From: Candidatus Latescibacterota bacterium
Lineage (GTDB): Bacteria; Latescibacterota; UBA2968; UBA8231
Reading direction: 5' to 3'
DNA length: 64,000 nt
Assembly: GCA_964291625.2 (NCBI GenBank)
Contig: OZ220089.1
Coordinates: forward strand, 4,128,001 to 4,192,000
The notes below the pieces were generated by a model. That model did not search any database. It saw only the letters and a list, made by a program, of their open reading frames with translations, and was not told where the DNA came from. Below are positions 1-9,328 of this stretch, in pieces. Each line of letters opens with the position of its first letter. Within the stretch, counting starts at the first letter, position 1. The position numbers and the translations under genes are program-made.

Positions 1-464
1 TCTACGGCGACCGCCCCACCCTCGACCGCATAACCCGCGTCTTCGACTACGCCTTCGACTCGGCCTGGGCCCAGGCGGTGCCGCGCATGTCCCTCCATCC
101 GATCCGGGGAGCTCTCGAGTTGTTCGGCCTGCGCATCCAACCGGTGACCGTCATGCACGGGAGGCTGCCCGTGCTCGCCTTCCGCATCGGCCGCTTCGCC
201 TACGTGACCGACTGCAACGCCATTCCCGACGAAGCGATGAGCCAGTTGCGCGGTCTCGATGTTCTCGTCCTCGGCGCCCTGCGTCACAAGGGCCATCCCA
301 CCCACTTCACCGTGGACGAAGCCCTCGAGATCGTGGCCGAGTTGGCCCCGCGCCAGGCCTACTTCACCCACATCGCCCACGATCTCGACCACCAGGCCAC
401 CAACGACTACCTGCCCGAGGCGGTCGAGCTCGCGTACGACGGCCTGGTCCTCGAGGTTTCCTGA
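1..464 (+). CDS. MBL-fold metallo-hydrolase (PhnP-like phosphodiesterase), 5' partial
   Basis: Frame is open from the window edge; C-terminal MBL motifs AYVTD, HPTH, THIAH, LAYDG. Confidence 0.85.
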   Translation, partial: YGDRPTLDRITRVFDYAFDSAWAQAVPRMSLHPIRGALELFGLRIQPVTVMHGRLPVLAFRIGRFAYVTDCNAIPDEAMSQLRGLDVLVLGALRHKGHPTHFTVDEALEIVAELAPRQAYFTHIAHDLDHQATNDYLPEAVELAYDGLVLEVS

Positions 465-473
465 GAACGACAA

Positions 474-501
474 CGGCACCGCCACTCGGGTGACGGTGCC
501 G
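474..501. terminator. GC-rich hairpin between convergent genes, possible bidirectional terminator
   Basis: CGGCACCG (474-481) pairs with CGGTGCCG (494-501), plus a CAC/GTG inner stem; no clear U-tract. Confidence 0.4.
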
Positions 502-549
502 CGCCGGCGATCGAGTCCCATCCGGCTCGCGTTCACAAGGGATTGCGGT

Positions 550-2934
550 TCAGCACTTCGACCACCCGCAGTGCTTGCAGGTCAGACAACTGGCCTCGTG
601 GGAGACGGTGGAGCCGCACTCGGGGCAGGTGGCCACGCTCGCCAGGGCTCCCGGAACCCGCTCGGCGGCCCGGGAGCCTCCCTGCACGGGGTGGGGGATG
701 TCGCTGCCGTCCCGGTGCAGGTACCGCTCCAGGGCCCGGCCGATGGCGTCCGGCGTGGACAGGATCAGCTCGCCGTTCTCCCACACCGGGTTCGGCCCGG
801 AGATCCCCTTGAGCTGACCGATGATCTCCTGCGGATCGATGCCCGAGCGCAGGGCGATGGAGATCAACCGGCTGATCGCCTCCGACTGGGCCGCCGCATT
901 GCCGCCCGCTTTCCCTATGGTGCTGAAGATCTCGCAGATCCCCTGCTCGTCCTCGTTGATCGTGACGAAGATGTTGCCTTCGCCGGTGCTCACCCGTTCG
1001 GTGACGCCGCGGGTGACCGCCGGCCTGCGGCGCGGATGCGCGCCCACTCCGCCGGCGGCTTCCTCCGCCGCCTCCGGACCATCCGCCGCCTCCGAGGGAT
1101 CCTCTTCCCTCTTCTCCGTCTGCAGGATCCCCTGCCGGCAGCCCTCGCGGTACACCGTGACGCCCTTGAGGCCTTCCTTGTAGGCGGTGACGTAGATGTC
1201 GGCCACCGTCTCCACCGAGGTTTCCTCGGCCAGGTTGATCGTCGACGAGATCGAGCTGTCGGTGTAGCGCTGGATCACGCCCTGCATGCGGACTCGGAAG
1301 TAGGGGTCGATGTCGTGGGCCGTCACCACGTGTCCGGGCAGGTTCTCGTCGTCGCCGAAGAGGTCACGCACGAGGGGATGGTAGACCTTGTACTCGCGGA
1401 AGCTCTCGCCGTCCTCCTGCTTCACGCGCCGCTTGTAGCTGGTGCAGAAGATCGGCTCCACGCCGGACGACGTCTGGGCGACGATCGATCCGGTCCCCAC
1501 CGGCGGCACCGTGATCAGGGTGGAGTTGCGCAGCCCGTGCTCGCGGATGCGGTCCTGCATCGCCCTCGGCAGGTCCCGCACGAACCGGCTCCGGGACACG
1601 CCTTCCCAATCGAAGAGCGGGAAGGGTCCCTTCTCCCGGGCGATGTCGATCGACGTCTCGTAGGCGCAGTGGCAGATGGTGCGCATGATCTTCTCGACCG
1701 CCTCGAGAGCCTCGTCGGAGTCGTACTTGAGCCCCATCAGCACCAGGGCGTCGGCCAGACCCGTGATGCCCAGCCCCACGCGCCGGTCGGAGGCCACCGC
1801 CTCCTCGATCTTCGGGAGGGCGTGGTTGGGCATGTTGTAGTCGATGACGTTGTCGAGGAACCGCGTCGCCACCCGGGCCGCCTCGGCCAGGTCCTCGTAA
1901 TCGATGAGGCCGTCCTGGCCGACGAACTTCGCGAGGTTGAGGTTGCCGAGGTTGCAGGCCGTGTACGAGGCCAGGGGCTGTTCACCGCAGGGATTGGTGC
2001 TCACCAGCGGGTTGGCGTACTCGACGTTGTGACATTCCCGCATCGTGTCCCAGAAGATGATCCCGGGCTCGGCGCTGGCGTGGGCGTTGGTGATGATCCG
2101 GCTCCACAGGTCCCGGGCCCTCAGCGTCCGGTAGACCTTGCCGCCCCAGCGCAGGTCGAAGTCGGTGTCGTCGATGACGGCCTGCATGAACTCGTGGGTG
2201 ATGAGCACGCTGATGTTGGCGTACTGCACCTTGGTGCGGTTGGCGTCGTTCTTGATCGTGATGAAGTCGAGGATGTCGGGATGGTCGACGCGCAGGGTGA
2301 GCATCAGCGCCCCCCGGCGACCGGCCTGGGAGACGGCGTTGGTGCTCTCCGACAGGAGGTTCATGAAGGCCGTGCACCCCGGCGACTGGTCGACGGTGGC
2401 GTTCACCGGCGCCCCCTTGGGCCGCAGGACCGAGAGATCCGTGCCGACGCCGCCTCCGGTGCGGTAGACGAGGGCCGACTCCTTGAGGCAGGTGTAGATG
2501 CCCTCGAGGCTGTCCTCCTGAATGGGGATGACGTAGCAGTTCGACAGGGTCGGCTTGCGCCGGGCCTCGTCGCGGCCGGCGCCGTGCATCACCCGTCCTC
2601 CGGGGATGAACTTGAAGTCGATCAGCAGCGAGAAGAAGCGGTCGTACCAGGCCTGGGAATCGGCCTCGACAGAGGCCATGGCCCGGGCGACGCGGTCCCA
2701 TATCTGCAGCGGCCCGGTCTCGCCCGGCGCCAGGTACTTGGAGCGCAGCACGTCGATGGCCAGGTCGTTGTCGCCGTAATAGGTGTGGGCGTCGGCGGCG
2801 CGCTGCAGGACCTCGTCGTGGCCGTTGCGCTGGTACCCGTGCCCTTCGAGCTGGGCAAGGAGGTCTTCCAGGCGGTGGACACCCGTCGGTGCGTCGGAGG
2901 CGCCGGGATCAGCTGCGGAGTGCTCGGTGGACAT
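550..2934 (-). CDS. nrdJ: Adenosylcobalamin-dependent (class II) ribonucleotide reductase with C-terminal TSCPD-like and Cys-rich tail
   Basis: TNPCGEQ active-site motif, GRRGA, PVGT, DSSISSTIN, VTVYREG and C-terminal CPEC..CKHCGWSKC; adjacent to nrdR. Confidence 0.93.
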   Translation of the reverse strand: MSTEHSAADPGASDAPTGVHRLEDLLAQLEGHGYQRNGHDEVLQRAADAHTYYGDNDLAIDVLRSKYLAPGETGPLQIWDRVARAMASVEADSQAWYDRFFSLLIDFKFIPGGRVMHGAGRDEARRKPTLSNCYVIPIQEDSLEGIYTCLKESALVYRTGGGVGTDLSVLRPKGAPVNATVDQSPGCTAFMNLLSESTNAVSQAGRRGALMLTLRVDHPDILDFITIKNDANRTKVQYANISVLITHEFMQAVIDDTDFDLRWGGKVYRTLRARDLWSRIITNAHASAEPGIIFWDTMRECHNVEYANPLVSTNPCGEQPLASYTACNLGNLNLAKFVGQDGLIDYEDLAEAARVATRFLDNVIDYNMPNHALPKIEEAVASDRRVGLGITGLADALVLMGLKYDSDEALEAVEKIMRTICHCAYETSIDIAREKGPFPLFDWEGVSRSRFVRDLPRAMQDRIREHGLRNSTLITVPPVGTGSIVAQTSSGVEPIFCTSYKRRVKQEDGESFREYKVYHPLVRDLFGDDENLPGHVVTAHDIDPYFRVRMQGVIQRYTDSSISSTINLAEETSVETVADIYVTAYKEGLKGVTVYREGCRQGILQTEKREEDPSEAADGPEAAEEAAGGVGAHPRRRPAVTRGVTERVSTGEGNIFVTINEDEQGICEIFSTIGKAGGNAAAQSEAISRLISIALRSGIDPQEIIGQLKGISGPNPVWENGELILSTPDAIGRALERYLHRDGSDIPHPVQGGSRAAERVPGALASVATCPECGSTVSHEASCLTCKHCGWSKC

Positions 2935-3105
2935 GCTCGAAGTCTCCCTGGGGGAACGACAAAGAGCCCCTGCTGCCGCGCCGGTGCGGGAGGGGACGGC
3001 AGAGCTGGGAGCTAACTATCGTGTTTACAGGACGTTACTTCGGGGAGGGCGAAAGGTTGTCGGCAACTCGGCCACATGATCTGGAGGTCTGTTCGGTCAC
3101 CCTGT

Positions 3106-3153
3106 ACACAAGATGTTGTGGCTCGAAGCTTCAACGCGGCCAATATACAGGCC
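3106..3153. promoter_or_regulatory. Tandem NrdR boxes upstream of nrdJ
   Basis: ACACAAGATGTTGTGG (3106-3121) and GGCCAATATACAGGCC (3138-3153) match the acaCwAtATaTwGtg consensus, 32 bp apart. Confidence 0.8.
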
Positions 3154-3171
3154 TCGATTCCGGCTTGTCAA
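3142..3171 (-). promoter_or_regulatory. Sigma70-type promoter of nrdJ
   Basis: Minus strand TTGACA (3171-3166), 18 nt, TATATT (3147-3142); the -10 lies inside an NrdR box. Confidence 0.7.
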
Positions 3172-3220
3172 GGTTTTTCGCGGCGTCGGAAAGGGCCGCG
3201 GAAGGCGCCGCCGGGAGGGC

Positions 3221-3670
3221 TCAGGTGGAGAGCTGCTCGAGTTCCCTGACAAAATCCTGCCGGTCCTTGAACTGGCGGTACACCGAGGCGAACCGAACGT
3301 ACGCCACGTCGTGGAGGTCCTTCAGCCGTTCCATCACCAGCTCACCGATCTGCTTGCTCGGGACCTCTCTCTCGGCGCGGTTGCCCAGCTCGGACTCCAC
3401 CTGGTCCATCAGCTCTTCGATGCGATCGCTCGATACGCTCGTCTTGTAGCAGGCCAGCTCGATCTTGGCCTGCAGCTTGGAGCGGTCGAAGGGCTCCCGC
3501 GTTCCGTCCCGCTTGATGACGGTGAGGGGTGCATGCTCGATGTACTCGTACGTGGTGAACCGCTGGTTGCAGCGCGTGCACTCACGGCGCCGGCGGATCG
3601 CCTGGCCGTCGCGGCAGGAGCGCGAGTCGACGACGCGGTCGTCCTCGGTACTGCAGAAGGGACAACGCAT
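3221..3670 (-). CDS. nrdR: Transcriptional repressor NrdR
   Basis: MRCPFC..VVDSR..RRRRECxxC..RFTTYE Zn ribbon, ATP cone, VAYVRFASVY. Confidence 0.97.
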   Translation of the reverse strand: MRCPFCSTEDDRVVDSRSCRDGQAIRRRRECTRCNQRFTTYEYIEHAPLTVIKRDGTREPFDRSKLQAKIELACYKTSVSSDRIEELMDQVESELGNRAEREVPSKQIGELVMERLKDLHDVAYVRFASVYRQFKDRQDFVRELEQLST

Positions 3671-3833
3671 GGAGCCCGACCTCCCGGCGAACCCCGGAGG
3701 ACGGGGTTCGTGGCCGCGGGGAGAGGGTGGGGGGGATGGGGGGGAGCTGGAATCGCTGGCCGCAGCCGGTCCGCGGCCCCTGGCGAGTCTCTCCTAATCT
3801 AAGGTGGACGCCTGCAGTCCTGGCAACCGGCGC

Positions 3834-4517
3834 CTACTGCAACTGAAACTTGTAGGTGAGGGCTACCCAGACCTTCACGGGCTTGTCGTTCTGGATCGCC
3901 GGGGTGAAGGTGGTGGCCAGGGCGGCCTTGCGCGCGGCCTCGTGGAAGACCTCGTTGCCGTGGATCTCGCCCACCTTCTCCACCTTGCCCTCGCGATCGA
4001 CCAGAACCTGGATGGTGATGTTCCCGGTAATCCCCGCCCGGCGGGCGATCTCGGGGAACACCGGCCGCGGGTCGTTCTTCCTCTTGGGCGGTTTCTCCAC
4101 CCTCCAGTACTCGACGATCTCCTCCTCCTCCTCCTCCAGGGCGACCTCGGTGGTCTGTTGCAGCTCCTCGAGGGGCGGCGGCGGGGCCAGGTCATCGAGA
4201 CCGAAGTCGAGATCGGTCTCCATGATCGTGGCGTCCTCGGGGATCTCCTCGTTGGTGGAGGCGATGGGCACCACCGGCCGCGGCGGCGGCGGCGGCCGGC
4301 GCTCCTGGCGGGTCTCGGGGATCTCCTCCAGCTGGATGATCACCGGCTCCTGGGGCTTGGCGTAGGCCGAGGCCTCGAAGCTCGGCCAGAACAGGATCAC
4401 CAGCACCAGGGCGAGGGAGGAGGCGCCGAAGCAGGCCCAGAAGGTCTTGCGGTACTCCAGGCGCAGGTCGGCCTCGGGGGCCTTCGTGCGCACCATGTCG
4501 GCCGTCCGTCTCAGCAT
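3834..4517 (-). CDS. tonB: Energy transducer TonB
   Basis: N-terminal TM helix, Pro-rich linker, C-terminal TonB_C (PVFPEIARRAGITG..FTPAIQNDKPV). Confidence 0.9.
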   Translation of the reverse strand: MLRRTADMVRTKAPEADLRLEYRKTFWACFGASSLALVLVILFWPSFEASAYAKPQEPVIIQLEEIPETRQERRPPPPPRPVVPIASTNEEIPEDATIMETDLDFGLDDLAPPPPLEELQQTTEVALEEEEEEIVEYWRVEKPPKRKNDPRPVFPEIARRAGITGNITIQVLVDREGKVEKVGEIHGNEVFHEAARKAALATTFTPAIQNDKPVKVWVALTYKFQLQ

Positions 4518-4520
4518 TTG

Positions 4521-4952
4521 TCAGCCTCCTGCCGGCAGGGCGGCTTCGCGCTCGCGGTCGGTGGCGAAGTTCACGCGCAGGGCCTCGACCCTGCGCAGCT
4601 CCTGCAGCACGTCGGAGATGGTGCCGAATTCCGCCTGGCCGTCCCCCTTGATCGAGATGATCAGACGGGGGTTGGCGACCAGCTTGGCGTGGATCAGGGG
4701 ACCTACCTCCTGCAGGGGGACCGTCTTGTCGTCGATGTTGACGGCGCCGTTGGCGCCGATCCAGATGCTGGTCACGTGGCGGCGCATCTCCAGCTTCTCG
4801 ACCCGCTCGGCGTCGGGCAGGGTGACGGGGATGCCGCGAAAACGGATGAACACCGTGGAAACCATGAAGAACACGAGGAGCAGGAAGGCGATGTCCGCCA
4901 TCGACGCCGTGGGGACAGCGGCTCCCACCCGGGACTTGCGGGTGAATCTCAT
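4521..4952 (-). CDS. exbD: Biopolymer transporter ExbD
   Basis: PTASMADIAFLLLVFFMV TM motif with the conserved Asp. Confidence 0.9.
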   Translation of the reverse strand: MRFTRKSRVGAAVPTASMADIAFLLLVFFMVSTVFIRFRGIPVTLPDAERVEKLEMRRHVTSIWIGANGAVNIDDKTVPLQEVGPLIHAKLVANPRLIISIKGDGQAEFGTISDVLQELRRVEALRVNFATDREREAALPAGG

Positions 4953-4958
4953 GGGGCC

Positions 4959-5378
4959 TCAGCCTCCCTCCGGCTCGGCGATCGAGATCCGCGTGGCGCC
5001 GGCGAGCTTCAGCTCGTCGAGGACGTCGACGAACATGCGGTAGCTGGCCTGGCGCTGGGCCTTCAGAGAGACGATCAGCTTCTCGTTGGCCGCCAGCCGG
5101 CGCTGGATGTCGGCGCGCAGGTCGGAGAAGGCGATCTCCGTGAGCTCGGAGTCCTCGAAGAAGGCGATACGGTCCTCGTCGTTGATCCACACGTTGCAGA
5201 TGTTCTTTTCCCTGACCTCCAGGGTCTCGGCGATCGGGGGCAGGTGCAGGGACAGCCCCTTGTCCTGGTTCATCGTCGTCGTCACCAGAAAGAACACGAT
5301 GAGCAGGAAGGCGATGTCCGCCATGGAGGAGGTGGGGATCTCGGGCAGCACCCGGTTCCCGCGCTTGCGCAGGTTCAC
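4959..5378 (-). CDS. exbD: Biopolymer transporter ExbD (second copy)
   Basis: IPTSSMADIAFLLIVFFLVTTT; GTG start overlaps the exbB stop (GTGA). Confidence 0.9.
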   Translation of the reverse strand: MNLRKRGNRVLPEIPTSSMADIAFLLIVFFLVTTTMNQDKGLSLHLPPIAETLEVREKNICNVWINDEDRIAFFEDSELTEIAFSDLRADIQRRLAANEKLIVSLKAQRQASYRMFVDVLDELKLAGATRISIAEPEGG

Positions 5379-5995
5379 GTGTTGTCCTTCAGCTCGATTT
5401 CGATGAGCACGTCGATCAAGCCGGCCGTGTGCTCCTGCATGTCGGCGATGATCCTGTCGATGCGCGAGGCGAAGAAGTTGTAGCAGAACTGGATCAGGAT
5501 GCCGACGATCAGGCCGGAGGCGGTGGTGATGAGGGCTTCCGAGATGCCGCCGGCCACCAGGGAGGGCTCCACGTCGCCGGCGACCTTGATCGCCTGGAAG
5601 GCGCCGATCATGCCGCTCACCGTCCCGAGGAAGCCGACCATGGGCGCCAGGTTGGCCACCGTGGACAGCCAGATCATGCCGCGCTCGAGAAAAGCCATCT
5701 CCACGGCGCCGGCGTTCTCGATCGCCTTCTCGACGTTGTCGATGCCCCGATCGAGGCGCAGCAGGCCGGCGTGGATGACGCTGGCCACCGGACCGCGGGT
5801 ATCGGCACACAGCTGAGCGGCTTGCGCGGCCCCGCCGGACCGAATCGCCTCTTCCAGCTGCTCGAAGAAGCCCTTGGCGTCGATGGCGGCGCGCGAGAGG
5901 GTGATGAGCCGCTCGGCGGCGATGGCCAGGCCGAGGGCCAGGAGAAAGGCCAGGGGCCACATCGCCCAGCCGCCGTCGACAAATAGTTGAAGCAT
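5375..5995 (-). CDS. exbB: MotA/TolQ/ExbB proton channel protein
   Basis: GGWAMWPL, APMVGFLGTVSGMI, GISEALITTA. Confidence 0.92.
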   Translation of the reverse strand: MLQLFVDGGWAMWPLAFLLALGLAIAAERLITLSRAAIDAKGFFEQLEEAIRSGGAAQAAQLCADTRGPVASVIHAGLLRLDRGIDNVEKAIENAGAVEMAFLERGMIWLSTVANLAPMVGFLGTVSGMIGAFQAIKVAGDVEPSLVAGGISEALITTASGLIVGILIQFCYNFFASRIDRIIADMQEHTAGLIDVLIEIELKDNT

Positions 5996-6026
5996 GGAGG
6001 AACCTCTTTCTCGGGTTGGGGGTTCG

Positions 6027-7184
6027 TCAGCTGCCGTTGTCGGTGGAGCCCTCTTCTTCGGCGTCGTCGCCACCGAAGAACTGCCGGAGGAGCTTCTCCT
6101 CCTCCGTCTCCGGCGGGCGGAGTTGCCAGATCCGCTGCTGGGCGACGGCCGCCCAGTTGGGGTCGCGCAGGGCGAGCTCGTACTCGGCGATCGCCTCCTC
6201 CTCCGCGTCCTGGCGCCCCAGCAGGTCGCCCCGGAGCAAGTGCAGGTGGGCGCTGTCGGGGGAGCGCTGCAGGCCGCCCTCGATCCAGCGCGCCGCCGCC
6301 TTCAAGTCGTCGGCGTTCAGGTGGATCTCGGCGATGGTGGCGACGGTCAGCAGGTCCTTGGGCTGCTCGCGCGCCATGCCCTCCAGGCCCTCGAGCCTGA
6401 CCGCCGGGTCGCCGGCGGTGTCGCCCAGCTCCGACATGCGGACGTAGTGGGCGTAGCGCCCGGCCGAGTCGATGCCGACCAGTTGCCTCAGGGATTCGTG
6501 TGCGCCCGTGTAGTCCTCCGTGGCGATCTGCAGGTCCACGATCCGGGTCAGGGATTCGACCTGCCCGGCTCCGCCGCCGGCGGTCAGCCGCTGGCGCCAG
6601 GCCAGGGCCGCGGGCGCGTCGCCCTGGTCCTCGGTCATCACCGCCAGCAGCTCGTACAGCTCCCTGCGAGCATCCTCGGGCAGGGCCGCGGACTCGGCGA
6701 GGGCCCCGTAGTGCTCGATGGCCTCTACGGGCCGGCCGTTGCGGCGGTAGAGGTCGGCGAGCTTGCGCCGGTGCTCCGCGTACCTGGGCTCGTTGGGCCG
6801 GGCGCGGAGAACGGGGCCGAGGAACCGCCAGGCCGAGTCCGGCGCGGCATCGTTCAGGTAGAGAGTATAAAGGGTGAGGTTGGTGTTGACGTGGGCCGAG
6901 TCGATGGCGGCCGCGGACAGCAGGGCCCGCTTGGCGTCGGCCGGCCGGCCGAGCTCCAGGAAGGCCCGGCCCATCGAATAGTGGGCCCGGTGGTAGCCGG
7001 GATCGTACTTGATCAGCTCGGTGTAGTACTTGACGACGTCGTCGTGTTCCTTCTTGACCCGGGCGTTCTTGCCGAGCCACTTGTACTTGATCACCGAGTC
7101 GGCCACGCTCACCTCCGCGGGGGCCGCAAGGTCCGGCGCCGCCATCACGCCGAGCAACAGGCAGATCTGCAGAGGGTTCTTCAC
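6027..7184 (-). CDS. Exported tetratricopeptide-repeat protein
   Basis: GGAGG RBS before GTG, signal-peptide-like N-terminus, repeated TPR-like helices. Confidence 0.75.
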   Translation of the reverse strand: MKNPLQICLLLGVMAAPDLAAPAEVSVADSVIKYKWLGKNARVKKEHDDVVKYYTELIKYDPGYHRAHYSMGRAFLELGRPADAKRALLSAAAIDSAHVNTNLTLYTLYLNDAAPDSAWRFLGPVLRARPNEPRYAEHRRKLADLYRRNGRPVEAIEHYGALAESAALPEDARRELYELLAVMTEDQGDAPAALAWRQRLTAGGGAGQVESLTRIVDLQIATEDYTGAHESLRQLVGIDSAGRYAHYVRMSELGDTAGDPAVRLEGLEGMAREQPKDLLTVATIAEIHLNADDLKAAARWIEGGLQRSPDSAHLHLLRGDLLGRQDAEEEAIAEYELALRDPNWAAVAQQRIWQLRPPETEEEKLLRQFFGGDDAEEEGSTDNGS

Positions 7185-7231
7185 GATCCTCCCCGATCGG
7201 GCTGGAGGGATGGAACCACCAAACGACTCCA

Positions 7232-7259
7232 AATATAACCCTCGCCGGGAGGCCATCAA
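7232..7259 (-). promoter_or_regulatory. Putative sigma70 promoter of the TPR-exbBDD-tonB operon
   Basis: Minus strand TTGATG, 16 nt, TATATT. Confidence 0.45.
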
Positions 7260-7411
7260 TCCGCAAGTTACGGCAGGGTGGCACTTTAGCGTCAGAGGGC
7301 GGGCGGAACCGGTTTGACAATCCCGCGAGGGGCGGCGCATTTTCCAGCGAATCCCGAATCTCCAGCGCGGCGTGAAGACGCGGCTCCCTTCCGGTGTCTG
7401 CACGGAGGATG

Positions 7412-8008
7412 ATGGCCACCACCACCCGAATCGAGGTCCATCTCCCCGACGGGGATCTCGTGCAACGCGCCGTCGAGGGCAGCGACGAGGCCTTTCGGAG
7501 GCTGATCACCGAGTATCACCCGTTGGCCTATGGACTGGCCTATCGGGCCCTCGGCGACCGAGAGGACGCGGAGGAGGTCGTCCAGGACGCCTTCGTCAAG
7601 ATCCACGGGGCCCTCGGCGGGTTCCGCGGCGAGTCCTCTCTGAAGACCTGGATCCTGCGCATCGTCTGGCACCTGAGTCTCAACCGCCGGCGGGACCGGG
7701 CCCGCAGCCCCTGGCGTCGGCTCGGCCTGCACCGGGCGGACGAGGAGTCGGGCGAGAGACTCCCCTTGCCGGCCGGCGAAGGACCGGAGGCCCGGCTCCT
7801 GACGCGGGAGACGCAGCGCCTCGTTCGGGAGGAGATCGACGACTTGCCGTCCGCCCTCAGGGAGGTGCTCGTCCTCCACGGCTTCGAGCAACTCGGCTAC
7901 GAGGAGATCGCCCGCGTGCTGGACATTCCGGTGGGCACCGTCAGCTCGCGGATCCACACCGCCCGCCGCCGCCTGGCGGCGGGCCTGCAGAGACGCGGAG
8001 TGGTCTGA
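7412..8008 (+). CDS. ECF RNA polymerase sigma factor
   Basis: Region 2 (DAEEVVQDAF..SLKTWILRI) and region 4 (YEEIARVLDIPVGTVSSRIHTARRRL). Confidence 0.93.
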   Translation: MATTTRIEVHLPDGDLVQRAVEGSDEAFRRLITEYHPLAYGLAYRALGDREDAEEVVQDAFVKIHGALGGFRGESSLKTWILRIVWHLSLNRRRDRARSPWRRLGLHRADEESGERLPLPAGEGPEARLLTRETQRLVREEIDDLPSALREVLVLHGFEQLGYEEIARVLDIPVGTVSSRIHTARRRLAAGLQRRGVV

Positions 8009-8031
8009 AGGCCGCCGCGGAGGAACGACCG

Positions 8032-8388
8032 ATGTTGTCGAGATGGCGGCGCCGGGGAGGGGGTGTCGAGCCCCCGGGCGTCGACGGTGGATCCGGTCCC
8101 GGCGGCGACGGGCGCAAGGTCCTCGGCCTGAGGGCCCGCCTGGAGGCGGCCAGGATGCGTGCCGTCGACGACCTGGTCGACCGCGTTCTCGAGCCGCCGA
8201 CACCGCTGCCCGACGCGCAGGCCGCGGCCGACCGGGTCCTGCACCGTCTCCGCTGGCCCGGGCTTTCCGCGTCCGAGGTCCGCGGGCCCTTCCCCTGGAA
8301 GCCGGCCCTGGTCGCTTCGGGAATCCTGGTGACGGCGGGGGTGGCCTTCGCCGGGCTTCGGCGCCTCGGGCTGGCGAGACCCCGGTGA
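8032..8388 (+). CDS. Small membrane protein, putative anti-sigma factor
   Basis: Directly follows the ECF sigma gene; single C-terminal TM helix; stop overlaps the accD start. Confidence 0.55.
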   Translation: MLSRWRRRGGGVEPPGVDGGSGPGGDGRKVLGLRARLEAARMRAVDDLVDRVLEPPTPLPDAQAAADRVLHRLRWPGLSASEVRGPFPWKPALVASGILVTAGVAFAGLRRLGLARPR

Positions 8389-9263
8389 ACTGGTTCGAGC
8401 GGCTCAAGGCGGGGGTCCTGACGCGCATCAAGCGCGAGATCCCCGAGGCCATCTGGAGCAAGTGCAAGAACTGCGGCGAGACGGCCTATCAGCACGCTCT
8501 CGAGCGCAACAGTTGGATCTGTCCCCGCTGCGGCAGCCATTTCCCCATCGGCCACGAGAAGTACATCCGCATCCTGAGCGACCCCGGGTCCTTTACCGAG
8601 ATCGACGCCGGGCTGTCCACCGCCGATCCGCTAAAGTTCCGCGATCACCGCCGCTACTCCGACCGGATCCGCGAGGCCCGCCGCTCCAGCGGCATCAACG
8701 AGGCCGTGCACACCGGCCTGTGCACCATCGGCGGCAACCCCGCGGCCCTCGGCGTCATGGATACGCGCTACATCATGGGCAGCCTGGGCGGTGCCACGGG
8801 CGAGAAGATCAGCCGCCTCATCGACAGGGCCCTGGCCGACGGCCGGGCCCTGGTGCTGGTCTGCCAGTCGGGAGGTGCCCGGATGCAGGAGAGCACATTC
8901 TCGCTGATGCAGATGGCCAAGATCAGCGCCCGGCTGCGCCGGTTCTCCAACGCCGGCGGCCTCTACGTCGCCGTCCTGACCGACCCGACCTACGGCGGCG
9001 TGACCGCCAGCTTCGCCATGCTCGGGGACCTCACCCTCGCCGAGCCGGGGGCCCGCATCGGGTTCGCTGGCCAGGCGGTGATCCGCCAGTTCATGGGCAT
9101 CGAGGAGCTTCCCGCCGGATTCCAGATCGCCGAGACCGTCCTCGAGCACGGCTTCGTCGACCGCGTCGTCCCCCGGAACGAGATCGCCGCCACCCTGGGC
9201 AGCCTCATCGCCATGCTCGCCCCCGGCGGCAAGGAGAGTTCCCTCTCCACGGACGCGACCTGA
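8385..9263 (+). CDS. accD: Acetyl-CoA carboxylase carboxyltransferase beta subunit
   Basis: WSKCKNC..CPRC Zn finger, GGARMQE, LMQMAK, GGVTASFA, RIGFAG. Confidence 0.95.
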   Translation: MNWFERLKAGVLTRIKREIPEAIWSKCKNCGETAYQHALERNSWICPRCGSHFPIGHEKYIRILSDPGSFTEIDAGLSTADPLKFRDHRRYSDRIREARRSSGINEAVHTGLCTIGGNPAALGVMDTRYIMGSLGGATGEKISRLIDRALADGRALVLVCQSGGARMQESTFSLMQMAKISARLRRFSNAGGLYVAVLTDPTYGGVTASFAMLGDLTLAEPGARIGFAGQAVIRQFMGIEELPAGFQIAETVLEHGFVDRVVPRNEIAATLGSLIAMLAPGGKESSLSTDAT

Positions 9264-9328
9264 TCCGCCGGCCTCCGCGCGCGGATCCCCGCCCTCCGGC
9301 AATCTCTGCATGGAACGCCCGCGTACTG

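Noticed and set aside
550-2934. Intein or intron in the ribonucleotide reductase
   Set aside because: Length and motif spacing are normal; no splicing or homing-endonuclease motifs seen
259-3015. 918-aa + strand ORF and many similar long ORFs (e.g. 13282-16356, 22932-25871, 32679-35588)
   Set aside because: Antisense or alternative-frame shadows of real genes, caused by high GC and stop-codon scarcity; no recognisable motifs
2935-3220. Cobalamin riboswitch upstream of nrdJ
   Set aside because: Core B12-element motifs not recognisable by eye; kept only as an unexplained long leader
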